The translations under genes and the position numbers were made by a program. 64,000 nt of DNA, from NCBI GenBank assembly GCA_032718475.1, contig JAUCBJ010001930.1:62001-126000 (forward strand). The letters are read 5' to 3'. This document shows, in pieces, positions 36,305 to 47,444 of the stretch. The number at the start of each line of letters is the position of its first letter. The stretch's first letter is position 1. The notes under the pieces were generated by a model that searched no databases, had not been told where the DNA came from, and worked only from the letters and a program-made list of their open reading frames with translations. The stretch comes from Nemertoderma westbladi (taxonomy: Eukaryota; Animalia; Xenacoelomorpha).

Positions 36305-38158
36305 ATGATATACTGCTACTCAAGTAAAGGACTAGGGAAGGGTCCAGTTATACTAAGGAAGAACTGCCGATTATTGTCCCTGCAGGAAATCGGTATAGTC
36401 AATCTGACTCGAATGTTGGCTAACGGTATTGTAACATCTGAACGAAAGAAATGGGACGACAATAATTGTGCTGATAGTGCAGAGAGCGACAAGTGGACAG
36501 CTGTCTCCAAGTGGTTAAAGGAATGGGTGGCTCCCAAACTCCGCAATGATCTATGGAAGTTCATTCTTCATTCGTATGTGATCTCATTCAACCAGCTGAA
36601 TTTATTATATAGCCTGTTACCGGTACCAACCAAGAACAAACCAACTTTGAAAGATATAATGGAGACTTATACGTGTATCTTCCCATCGGATTGTATGCTG
36701 CCTCAGTGGCCTGTCAAAGTTGTTATAAATGATGACTTTATAGAAGAGTTCCCTAATGATATAGCCCCAGTTCTAATAAGTTGGCTTCCCAAGATGGCTG
36801 GCGCTCTCCAAACTCTCGATACCACAGGTTTTGTTGATGAAGATCCTCATTTGCAAGGATTCCAAAACTTGGAGCAAGGACTCCATAACTTGGATAAAGT
36901 TTTAACGCAATCTGTTTTGTTCCCCCAACTTACATCATTGACCATCTTTCATCTGAATTTCAATTCCAATACCGTCAAGAGTATTGCGAGTTGTTGCCCT
37001 AATCTGGTGAATCTACAAATTAAAAGATGGCTCCTCGGTGACCTAGGGGAGCTACTCTCCGATTTTGGTTTATTTTCGGATTCTTTTCTGTCCCACCTAA
37101 AAAAATTGGAAAAATTAAGCATTGAACTTTTCATTAAAACTGCAGATTCGATTGAAACAATTCTTGACTACCATTTAAAAAATCCAAAGTTATCTATGGC
37201 GGTTGACAAAAGTATGGAATTGCTTGATGTATTTATGAGACGTCACAACTGGACGAAAGGTGGCGACCCTCTAATCGGTTTCGACTTCATTAATTTCAAT
37301 CTTTATAATCGACCTATTGGCTCTCCTTCTTTTACCATCCCCAGAGTGCCAATGGTTAATAACCTTACAGAGTTTGTTATTCCCCTTTGCAAGGACTCAT
37401 TAGAAAGTCTCACGTTAAGTTGGGAGTATGATTCATCAAATTTCGATTTGCTACTTGATCAACATTTATTCAATCTGATGAATAAATTCCAGAAACTATC
37501 TTCATTGACTCTTGAAGAGGTATCTACTTGCAATCTTCCCAACTTCATTAGTACAGCCGCCAAAGACGGTATTGTTTTATCTGGAGTAACTTATTTTAAA
37601 TTGGTACACAGCACCGCATACTGGCCCAGAGATGGTGGTCTCCTCTCCTTGGAGGATTTGTTTGCATTATTTCCAAATATACAATCATTGGTTCTAGAGG
37701 GTTGCACCTTGAGAGACACAGACACTCCTCCATTTATTGAGTCAGTTTCAGCACTGGATATGAAGCGTTGTTGCTACGGAAGTGTAAAAATCGCCCTGCG
37801 ATCGCTATCCTGTCTGAATACACTTCGGGTTGAATTAGATCATCATCCTCCAAAAGAACAATCATTTGATGACGTCGAGAGCATTTTCAATGCCGGTAAT
37901 TTGGAAGATCTAATAAACTGTCGTATCAAGTATATGAGCTGCTATTTTCACTATGTTGAGCAATTTTGTGACTTCGTGTGGAGAAGGTGCAGTAAGTTGC
38001 AACACTTTTATATCAATAATGGTGCTATTTATGATTATAGTGATGATGAGTATGATGAGTATGATGATGAAGACGACTATAACTTCTATGACTATGGCTA
38101 CGATTATGATGACGAAGACTTCGACTATAGTGGATACAACTTTGATGACGATTACTAA
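36305..38158 (+). CDS. Putative LRR protein with N-terminal BC-box-like motif and Asp/Tyr-rich tail (possible cullin-E3 substrate receptor)
   Basis: 617-aa ORF; LSLQEIGIVNL; LRR-like segments (CCPNLVNLQI, LKKLEKLSI, FPNIQSLVL, CSKLQHFYI); AATAAA cluster at ~38390. Confidence 0.65.
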   Translation: MIYCYSSKGLGKGPVILRKNCRLLSLQEIGIVNLTRMLANGIVTSERKKWDDNNCADSAESDKWTAVSKWLKEWVAPKLRNDLWKFILHSYVISFNQLNLLYSLLPVPTKNKPTLKDIMETYTCIFPSDCMLPQWPVKVVINDDFIEEFPNDIAPVLISWLPKMAGALQTLDTTGFVDEDPHLQGFQNLEQGLHNLDKVLTQSVLFPQLTSLTIFHLNFNSNTVKSIASCCPNLVNLQIKRWLLGDLGELLSDFGLFSDSFLSHLKKLEKLSIELFIKTADSIETILDYHLKNPKLSMAVDKSMELLDVFMRRHNWTKGGDPLIGFDFINFNLYNRPIGSPSFTIPRVPMVNNLTEFVIPLCKDSLESLTLSWEYDSSNFDLLLDQHLFNLMNKFQKLSSLTLEEVSTCNLPNFISTAAKDGIVLSGVTYFKLVHSTAYWPRDGGLLSLEDLFALFPNIQSLVLEGCTLRDTDTPPFIESVSALDMKRCCYGSVKIALRSLSCLNTLRVELDHHPPKEQSFDDVESIFNAGNLEDLINCRIKYMSCYFHYVEQFCDFVWRRCSKLQHFYINNGAIYDYSDDEYDEYDDEDDYNFYDYGYDYDDEDFDYSGYNFDDDY

Positions 38159-38638
38159 TATTATGAATTAATATTGTAGCCTTTTAAGTTTCTGAAGAAT
38201 TAGTAATAGGAGGGACATTGACATATGTTTGCTCTGTTTCTTTTGCAGTTATACGGAAATACCGGTATACAGTATACTAAATTCGATTTCTATAAAACAT
38301 TCTCAAATGCGTTCGTTCATGTTGTCATTTTGTAACCAGATTGTGTAAAATATTTTATATTAACCTACCTACCTGTAGAAGTACAGGGGAATAAATAAAT
38401 AATAAATCACTCTGCTATGTTAGTTTGCGTGCTTTTAAGCTAAATGACTGTTAGTTGCACAGTGTATTGGCTACTATTGATTGCACTGTGCTCTCATCTA
38501 ATTATTGTTTTTTTTTTAAATCTTTGTGCCAACATTAATACTGTGGAGGCTGTATGCTTCTTATAAGGCAGAATGTTTACTCAGCCTCATAATGATCATC
38601 CATAAGGCTAACATTCAGTAGTTTGAAATATAAAAATC

Positions 38639-39112
38639 TGTTATAATAATAATATAATTGTTGTATTTAATTAATATCGTGGTTTACGTTGAACAGTGTC
38701 AATTGTTAATCGCGGTTTACATTGAAACATCTCAACTTGTTTTATTTATTACAAAAATAAGAACGAATTTGTCTTATCACTTCTTGTGCGCGATTGTATT
38801 GAATTCATGACAATTGCTGTTATTATTAATTAATCAATTGACACCTCGACTCCTCTCCGACTACTCTATCCGATAGCTCTATCACATTTCGCTAACTGCC
38901 TCCTCTATCTTCTAGAATCACAACAGCTTTTATAATTCATTAGATGATTACAACATAATAATTATAGTTTGAAGTTGTCTAGAAAATTTCTCGTACACCA
39001 CCGGGACTACCCTCACACTAATTGATTATCAGACAGAACAAAAAGCTTTTACTTGATTCGTACTGTCTCCCACGACTTGCTTCACGGGCCGCTACGCCCG
39101 TCTCTAGTTACA
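38639..39112 (-). mobile_element. Possible solo LTR
   Basis: Minus strand reads TGTAAC...TATAACA with TATAAAA and AATAAA in the expected order; no TSD found. Confidence 0.3.
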
Positions 39113-40318
39113 TATAAGTGCCTTTTTAACGAATGTATAACCGATTAATCAGGAATAAAGGTTGGACTTTATTCTCATAAGGCTACAAATAATTGGGTGT
39201 AAGTGAAATGATTCTCTGAAAGATACAATTTGTGAATTTTCGCCGTTCCCTTAACCACTTTGATTTCAATTTATTTAATGACTGACACTGAACAACGTAA
39301 ATGTCACATACAGATATTTTCTTAATTTCAATAGATTTTTCTAATACTGCGGACGATAAAGTTGTGTCTCGCGAGCAGGGATAGCGAAACGAAACAATCT
39401 AGTCACATAAAACTTTCAATTCGTTTCTAACATTTTAAATTCGATTTCGTTTTTTTGTTTCACTTTCATTTTGTATAAATTCGGTTCTCTATCCATACGC
39501 CCCCATGTGGTCACATGAATACAAAATATTATATTTATTATAAATAGGTGTTGACGCAAATCCCATCTTGGCGAATTAATATATCTTCTCAAATTTACAT
39601 AGTTAAGGTTTCAGAGACACGTTATTCTAACCAAAACAATAAAGCAATGAATGACAAGTCAATAGAACAGGTTTCTGTTTTACTGTTTATTGAATGTTAT
39701 CTTAGATGTTTTAGAAGTCGGAAATTGTATTTGGGTAATTGACAGGCATTCTGTTATGTCTGAATGACAAAGTCCTGCGTCGTTTGGTCATTCAGTGCTA
39801 ACTCACCGCTAATTGTCTCTATGATTCATCAAAAATAACAATACTAACTATAAGTCACTCTTCATAAAATAGCACTTTAAAGCGTTACGGCACGAGTGAT
39901 TAATAATAGGGTATATTAAATAATAGAATGAGGGCCGTAAAACCTTTAATGTGCTCATTATGAACAATGGCGAATCTAATTTTATTTATTTGTGGGGAAT
40001 TATTTGTAATTATGCTCTTAAACTTTCTAGAACAACCTAATGATGGCGCGGTGACATACTGGATATAAATAGTAAATGTATGGCGTAGGGACATACTGAA
40101 ACATAATGTTGCACTGCGATATAAAGTTGGAAATATGTCGCCCTGGCGATTTGGTAGTGCGAAATTATTTCCATACAAGTAAATAACAAAATTTATATAA
40201 ATAGCATAATGGAAAATAAATAAGTTCTAGAATAAATTCTAGAAAAATGGAAAACAAACGAACTGAATCCGTTCAATGTTGCAGTCCAAACATTAAAAGT
40301 TTAAAAGTCAACTTTAAA

Positions 40319-40812
40319 AGTAGATAGAGGGAGTGAGGGTGTAGATAGAGGGAGTGAGGGTGTAGATAGAGGGAGTGAGGGTGTAGATAGAGGGAGTGAG
40401 GGTGTAGATAGAGGGAGTGAGGGTGTAGATAGAGGGAGTGAGGGTGTAGATAGAGGGAGTGAGGGAGGGTGTAGATAGAGGGAGTGAGGGTGTAGATAGA
40501 GGGAGTGAGGGTGTAGATAGAGGGAGTGAGGGTGTAGATAGAGGGAGTGAGGGTGTAGATAGAGGGAGTGAGGGAGGGTGTAGATAGAGGGAGTGAGGGT
40601 GTAGATAGAGGGAGTGAGGGTGTAGATAGAGGGAGTGAGGGTGTAGATAGAGGGAGTGAGGGTGTAGATAGAGGGAGTGAGGGTGTAGATAGAGGGAGTG
40701 AGGGTGTAGATAGAGGGAGTGAGGGTGTAGATAGAGGGAGTGAGGGTGTAGATAGAGGGAGTGAGGGTGTAGATAGAGGGAGTGAGGGTAACAGAATCTG
40801 TAGATAGAGGGA
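40319..40812. repeat. Minisatellite, 21-bp unit GTAGATAGAGGGAGTGAGGGT (~23 copies)
   Basis: Direct reading. Confidence 0.97.
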
Positions 40813-41029
40813 TGTCGGGAAACCACAATCTGTACTCATGACACTTCATTATGTTAATTACTTAACTAATTACTAACTATAATTAATTACTATATTAAAC
40901 AACTTCACTATTTCACATTCTACTTCAAAAGCAGAAGCTTCGGATTGGCTCCGGATTCAGACCTTACACCCTTGATTTTAGCCTATCGTAGTGTATTGTC
41001 TCAAACCGATTTGTACTGTATAGAATAGT

Positions 41030-41440
41030 AACGTATTTATTGTATTGTATTGCCTGTATTTTACTGTATCGTATTGCATTGTATTGTATCGTATTGCATT
41101 GTATCGTATTGTATTGTATAGTAAAGTATTGTATTATCTGGTATTGTACTGTAAAGCATTTTATTGTATTGTTTAGTGTTCTATTGTAAAGTACTGTATC
41201 ATATTATAGTGTTTAGTGTTCTATTGTAAAGTACTGTATCATATTATAGTGTTTAGTGTTCTATTGTAAAGTACTGTATCATATTATAGTGTTTAGTGTT
41301 CTATTGTAAAGTACTGTATCATATTATAGTGTTTAGTGTTCTATTGTAAAGTACTGTATCATATTATAGTGTTTAGTGTTGTATTGTAAAGTTTTGTACT
41401 GTATTACATTGTTTAGTATTGTATTGTAAAGTTTTGTAAT
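41030..41440. repeat. (TATTG)-type microsatellite grading into a 40-bp tandem repeat
   Basis: Five perfect copies of GTTTAGTGTTCTATTGTAAAGTACTGTATCATATTATAGT at 41171-41370. Confidence 0.93.
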
Positions 41441-41819
41441 TAAATGATTAATTGTTAGCATTTGCATTGTTAAATTTATAATTACTTTCTATTTACATGA
41501 CATACTGTTTAAAATTACCAAGTGCCTAATTAAAACTTTACTTTCATAGAAAGCTTTGGCTTATTTTACGATTACATGCAATACCTCTTTAATTAGCTTA
41601 TTCATAAATAAACAAAATGATTGGCTCCCGTTGGCTCTGTTGCTCCCCTAGTTGACACAACCCAAACTCAACCCGCCCGCCCCGATAGGACAGATAGGCT
41701 ACACCAGTTGTAGGCTATTCAATGAAATAATTTAACATCTCTATCAATCTGTATAATATTATATTGCAAAGGTTACAGAGTTACATACGGTTATATACCT
41801 AAAGTAATTAATAACTAAA

Positions 41820-43136
41820 TCAAGCAATTATTTTGGCCGCCTCATTTCTAACGGCGTTAGTCAAACTCTCATTAATAAGAAAAATAAATCTCAATCCTGC
41901 GATCTCCACAACCGAGTTGTTGTACAACCGACGACGAAATCCCTTCAACACCGGCCGTCCGTTTACGTAGAACGGTCGCTGCCCGTCGTTACTCAGATGG
42001 AACTCCCCCGTGTGTCGCAGACGGATTGTCCCCTGTTTGCGGGACACCTTGGTGGCGGGACCCTCCAGGGACAGATCCACATCGACAGGGGCGCCGCTAG
42101 TGGATCGACCCAAGGTGATCTCCTTGGATCGCATGAGATAGCGGACTAATCGACCGCGTAGCACCGCGAGGGTCTGCGAATCGAATGTGGGTCCGGTCTG
42201 GGCGGTCACGTTCTCGACCATAGCGCCCCAACGACCAACCTCCTCCTCCAGTAGGAGGATGTCCCGTTTGTGTTTGCGGTCAGCCACTGCGACTTCCCTC
42301 TCCAAGGCCTCGTCTCTCGAATCCATAAGAGCCAAATCGTCTATCATATCCTCGGCGTCGCTGAAGTTTAGAACGTGATCCCCTTTAGGAAGACTCTGAA
42401 CACTCTGATCCTCCAATAGATGGAAATGTTTCAAGAGACCCCAATGTTTGTGTAGAGATTGGGGAGTCCTACTTCGGTGGAAGTTAGCCGAATTCTCGTT
42501 CATTAATCGCTCGAACGTCCCAATATCCGGCTGGGACGTCGACTTAATCGAACTCAAGACGGATTCCTCCTGCGGAGAGAAGAACAACTTCCTGTCGAGT
42601 ATCAACAACTCGTCGGGATGAAGGTGACTAATCGCCTCGAAGGAAAGCTTCGTGACCAACGGGCAGTAGAGTAGGTTGTGCCAGCGCTCTTGGAGTTCCT
42701 TCAAAGTGAAATGGCAGGAGAACTTAGTGGCTCGGAACACTGTGAGCAGACAGTTGGTGCGAAGGACTCCATTTATTAGCAACACGTCATCCTGTGACTT
42801 CCATCTCCCAACATTCTTCATGGTATATTTCGGTTTAGTAAACTTTTTACCGCTGTTTACACTCAGTCGAAAGATTCGATCGCGTTCCATTATTACAGGA
42901 ATCGGTGTGAAGGAATATTTCGGAGTTGGTGTTCTTCCGGCTTTAGGTGAGATTCCGGTATTGGAAACCGGAGATTCGGTGTGATGGGAGACTAGCGGAC
43001 TGGTTTTGGACGTGAGTCGCAACTCCGGAAGGAGCAGACCCCCTTCGTCTAATTTTCGTCGTTTTGTGGAACGCGTCTCTCTAGATCCCGGCGTTTCCTT
43101 GTCTCCATCCAATCCTTCGCACATGGCAGTATCCAT
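41820..43136 (-). CDS. MCRS1: Microspherule protein 1 (INO80/NSL complex subunit; MCRS_N + FHA); frame stays open to a splice acceptor at 43220
   Basis: GRWKSQDDVLLI..KFSCHFTLKELQERW..LLY; LAVLRGRLVRYLMRSKEITLGR..VDLSLEGPATKVSRKQG; upstream TTTTCTATTTACAG in phase 0. Confidence 0.95.
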   Translation of the reverse strand: MDTAMCEGLDGDKETPGSRETRSTKRRKLDEGGLLLPELRLTSKTSPLVSHHTESPVSNTGISPKAGRTPTPKYSFTPIPVIMERDRIFRLSVNSGKKFTKPKYTMKNVGRWKSQDDVLLINGVLRTNCLLTVFRATKFSCHFTLKELQERWHNLLYCPLVTKLSFEAISHLHPDELLILDRKLFFSPQEESVLSSIKSTSQPDIGTFERLMNENSANFHRSRTPQSLHKHWGLLKHFHLLEDQSVQSLPKGDHVLNFSDAEDMIDDLALMDSRDEALEREVAVADRKHKRDILLLEEEVGRWGAMVENVTAQTGPTFDSQTLAVLRGRLVRYLMRSKEITLGRSTSGAPVDVDLSLEGPATKVSRKQGTIRLRHTGEFHLSNDGQRPFYVNGRPVLKGFRRRLYNNSVVEIAGLRFIFLINESLTNAVRNEAAKIIA

Positions 43137-43717
43137 AGCGATGGATGGGTTGTCTGCGCTGCCCGTCTGAATTTCCTTACAGGAGTCTGTATATCCGGAT
43201 ATACTGTCACTAGTTTCGGGCTGTAAATAGAAAAATACGCACCCATAGGAGTAATAATAAAGTGTACAAGTTCAAGCGACCAATAAATTGTTTGAAATTG
43301 ACTTCCAATGGATATTATACATGGAGGTTTTCACATTTAGCATTTAAAATCTGGTCTGGCATAAATTCGACTCTTCGTGCAATGGTTATTCCTTAGTATA
43401 TCGTTACAAAGTTCGTGTAAATTCCCTATCAATTTAATTGAAAGGCAACATTTCAAAATATCGGGCTGTACGCTGTACCTTCAACAAACTGTTCAATGGG
43501 GGAAATGCCAATATTATTTAGTACTGGTATGGAGTGGTTGCGGTGTATATACCTCCACGCTCTAACTGCAGACCTGAACTAAATTATATATAGTTATTAA
43601 TTATATTATAATAATTCAGTAATTATAATTACAATAATATTATATTAAAATAATATAATTTTATAATAATATAATAATTAAACTTTATTATATAGATCTG
43701 TAGATACGACATTTATA

Positions 43718-44383
43718 CACTATGACCCGTAATATAGTGTCATTTTCTGATGACACGGACCCCCCCCCCCCCCAGATTTTTCTACAAATATTTATCATAT
43801 TGCCTGAAATTTGAAGCACAACTAGTTCCACTACCGTCGAAGACCCCATGAAGCCGGAATTTTAGATTTTGACTTTAAATTTTATATATAAGCGTTTTAA
43901 AAAGTGTCATTTGCGAAATCGCACCCTCCGTATCATTGCCATTCTTCACATTAGTCGTAATTTTTTCATATCATTAAAAAGCTTGCGTTGAAAGGATTCC
44001 AAATATGTGACAATGTCTGAATTTCGTTGATACAGCTGAGATATAGGCGTTCAAAGATTTCAAGAAGTATTGTTCGCTGAAGGCCATTTATTCTATTTAA
44101 TAAATACACGATGTTCTGGAACATTTTGTTTAAGTATGAATACGCAATAGATATATTGGATAGGAATACCGCTGTTGCCAACCAACTTATAAAATAAATA
44201 ACACATTCTAGAATTTTGTGTATTTATTAAATAGAATAAATGGCCTTCAGCGGACAATAATTCTTGCAATCTTTGAACGCCTATATCTCAGCTATTTCTC
44301 AACGAAATTCAGATATTGTTACATATTTCGAATCCTTGTAAGGCAAGCTTTTTAATGGTATGAAAATATAACGGGTCATGGTG
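43718..44383. mobile_element. Tc1/mariner-type MITE with internal ~145-bp inverted repeat
   Basis: TA TSD; TIR CAC(T/C)ATGACCCGT(A/T)ATAT; arms 43965-44110 and 44218-44365. Confidence 0.75.
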
Positions 44384-44436
44384 TAATTATATAGGGCCTA
44401 GTTACATTACATTACGAGGCAAGTTACGTTACAAGA

Positions 44437-45887
44437 CATTAGATACAGCCTAACCGATTTGCCACAACCAATCAAATATAGCTGTATAGGGTACTCATAT
44501 GTGTGTTTAACTAAACTAATCTACCAAACAAGGAGGAAGGTTAGGTAACCTGGCAGCATGGTATGGAGATAACCAGTAAACTAATTAACCAATAAGCAAA
44601 AAACTAATAACCAGTGGAGCAGACTTTATACAGACTTTATGACGACAAGCAAGTACAGGAAAAGCCTACTTCATATGGCGGCCACGTTAATTGATCTTAG
44701 GGCATTTATAGCAATGTATTTTAGGTTGAGCTAATAGATTGAATTTTTATTGGTTGTGGCAAGATCCAGCCAGATATTATTAATTTCTGTCAAATTTTTC
44801 ACCTTGTCACGGATCCTACTCGGGATTGGGAGACGACACAATAGATTATCGTGGCAGCAGTGATTGCCACAATATTTCACCGAGACAGCGTTAGTTGAAA
44901 GACTGATTGTAGCAGTGATCGATGCCGGGCAAATAGCATTAATTTTATTAGTTTGCCTGTTGCGTTGGCAACGCTTCTTCGTGGATTTGGAAATAAATTT
45001 ACCAGAACGGTGACAGTAATATTTATCTACAGTAAAACCATTCTTCGTATAAGTACCACGTTGTTTTGTGTACATGGAGCGAGTTTTGGTTTCAGTTTCT
45101 AATTTCCACTCTAGAAAGTTTTCTCTAATGGGAAACTCAAGATACTCTACGAGGTACGGCTCATTATGTACAGAAGAAACATGCTCCATGAGTTTCTTAA
45201 CATTATCACAGATTGCACCGCAAGCACACTGACATGTTGACTTGGACCTGGCAAGTGATACCGTGTAGTTACCCTCACTATGGTTTTGAAGTTGGTGTTG
45301 CCGCAATGTCCACTGTCTGGTGTACGATTTGTTGCAGTGAATGCAGACAAAATTACGAGCAGCTTGGTTGACAGGTCCGTCTCGCCTTCGTTCGCTGTGT
45401 ACTTCAATTCGATGTTTACTTAGACTTTGCCGTGAAGAAAATGGATCAGTGCATGTTCCAACATCACATTTAAAGGTTAAAGGTTCCAATTGTGGTGAAT
45501 TATAGTGAAATATTCTGTTTTGTGTCTCAAAATCGGAATCGCTCGCAACATCCATCGAGCAATTAATATAATCGTCAGACAAACAGGTTGAACTTTACTA
45601 AAGGTTACGTACAACTTTAAATGAAAATAATTAAGTGTTTACAGTAAATAAGTTAAATAACATCGAAATATATTTTAAAACTAATCGTTATCGCAGGAGT
45701 ATCACCTATTATAGATTACGGGATTAGACTGTACCGGTAATAAATTAAATATATATGAATGTTTACGGGAGGGCGGACAGGCGGAACCATTACTGGAAAA
45801 AAAAATCCATTATAAGGGAGCTACAATTGGATGATTAATATCTGTGTTCCTATTGGCTGTGGCAAATCTGTTAGACTGTCTCTAATG
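44437..45887 (-). mobile_element. Internally deleted MULE-like DNA transposon
   Basis: ~36-bp TIRs CATTAGA(T/G)ACAG(C/T)CTAAC(C/A)GATTTGCCACA(A/G)CCAAT enclosing a zinc-finger/WRKY-GCM-like ORF; no clear long TSD. Confidence 0.7.
44731..45555 (-). CDS. Truncated MULE transposase N-terminus: three C2H2 fingers plus YYCHRSG...CPA...HxxH zinc domain; no DDE core
   Basis: CDVGTC..H..H, CIHC..H..H, CACGAIC..H..H, then YYCHRSGKF...CPASIT...YCGNHCCH. Confidence 0.65.
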   Translation of the reverse strand: MDVASDSDFETQNRIFHYNSPQLEPLTFKCDVGTCTDPFSSRQSLSKHRIEVHSERRRDGPVNQAARNFVCIHCNKSYTRQWTLRQHQLQNHSEGNYTVSLARSKSTCQCACGAICDNVKKLMEHVSSVHNEPYLVEYLEFPIRENFLEWKLETETKTRSMYTKQRGTYTKNGFTVDKYYCHRSGKFISKSTKKRCQRNRQTNKINAICPASITATISLSTNAVSVKYCGNHCCHDNLLCRLPIPSRIRDKVKNLTEINNIWLDLATTNKNSIY

Positions 45888-46513
45888 ATTTTCTCTACTT
45901 AGGCCTACCTAATTATATAGCTGTATAGGCCCTACCGCTGTACCCGTCTGCCCGTACTAACTAGGGATCAACAGAAGCTTCGGCTTCGCTTCGGGCCGAA
46001 GTCTGGAAGTTTGGCCATTCCAGTTCGGCTTTTGCAATTCATACTGCAGAAGCCCGGCAGGCCCGGAGCAAACTTTGTTAAATATTCCCAAGTATTGCAT
46101 TGAGCTAAGACTAATCAATCTGACCATCGTTGCACTCATTAATTTTGGACTGAACTTCCATTGAAAGTGTAATTTTTTTTAATTGTTTCCAGTTTACTTC
46201 AGTCAGTACAGCAGTATACAGCAGTACTTGGGACTTCTGGACTTGGGCAGTTTTTAAAAATTAGTTTATTTATACAGTCAGACAGTAGGTAAGGCTGTAA
46301 GGTTAGGCTAATTATTGTCATTTTACTCTGTCTGTAGTACTGTAGTAGGCCTACCTATTTTACATAGATCATAACTTTGATACATAATACCAAATATACC
46401 TACTATCTCATAAATAGTATTAAATAGACTAGGCCTACCGGTACACTCTGTTAGTCAGTTAGTGAGGTTTTTCTAAATTTTGTGTTACTACAGACTCAGA
46501 CTGTACGGCTAAC

Positions 46514-47055
46514 CCAGGCTGCAAACCACCACTGAACCGCGCACAACACCTGCACACAATTTTTCAGCTGCGCAATATTGGACAATATACTGCGCATGCA
46601 CCGAAAAAAACACGCATTCCACATTCTGACATTTTAACAATGTAAACCAAAAACACACGCGAGCGAAGCGAGCAAAACTTTTTCATTCACAATGAAAAAT
46701 GCAGAAATGAAAAAGAAACGCCAGGACGCGAGCAAAACTCAAGCGAGCGAAATTTAGACATTTAAGCTATCTGACAATACAAAATGTAAAGAAACGCGAG
46801 CGAAGCGAGCGAAATTTTATGTGGCAAATTATTTTTCTCACTTTGGATGCATGAAAAACTTTTTTAAACCTCATCTGCCTGTCCGCGCTCTTTATGACTT
46901 TTGATATTTTGCACAGATTACTGCGCACTTTTGTTGTCTTTCACATAATTTCGCGCACTTTTATTTCAATTCGGCGCGCTTTTACCGCGCACTATACTGC
47001 TATATCCAATACGCACACAACGCGTTGCGATTTTTGCACTTCATTTGCAGCCTGG
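46514..47055. mobile_element. hAT-type MITE, 542 bp
   Basis: 8-bp TSD CGGCTAAC (46506-13, 47056-63); TIR CCAGGCTGCAAA; internal CGCGAGCGAAGCGAGC motifs. Confidence 0.88.
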
Positions 47056-47444
47056 CGGCTAACTACAGGTGAAATGAAAATGTTGTGCATACAGTATATT
47101 ACTTGTAAGTACTACTACTACTTAATATATGACCATTCAGCCATTACACATTACGTTAATATACTTACTTAGCCTATTACTTAGCCTATTGAACATCCAT
47201 TGAAAGTGTAATATTTTTGTGTTTTTATAATTGTATCCGGTTTACTTCCGTACTTAGCTGCTTGGGTAGTGGGTACCGGTAGTTTTCAAAATTATCTTAA
47301 TTATACAGTAGTTTAGGTTTTTTTTTTAGTCTAATTATTGCCATTTTACTTTGTAGTACTTATTTTTTCTGACTAAATACAAACAGACAAATAGGGCCTA
47401 CGGTATAATCATTGACTGTTTGATGATACATTTTTTTTCTAATT

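Larger units (their letters stand above)
30744..36305 (+). mobile_element. Full-length CR1/L2-group (Crack/Daphne-like) non-LTR retrotransposon; 5' boundary uncertain
   Basis: Two open ORFs, ~620-bp spacer, 3' UTR ending (TAT)n-poly(A) at 36281-36305. Confidence 0.85.

Noticed and set aside
40273-40849. Three overlapping repeat ORFs
   Set aside because: 21-bp minisatellite lacking stops on the minus strand.
45961-46070. hAT-like end TAGGGAT with TTCGGC repeats
   Set aside because: No partner end or TSD found in the window.
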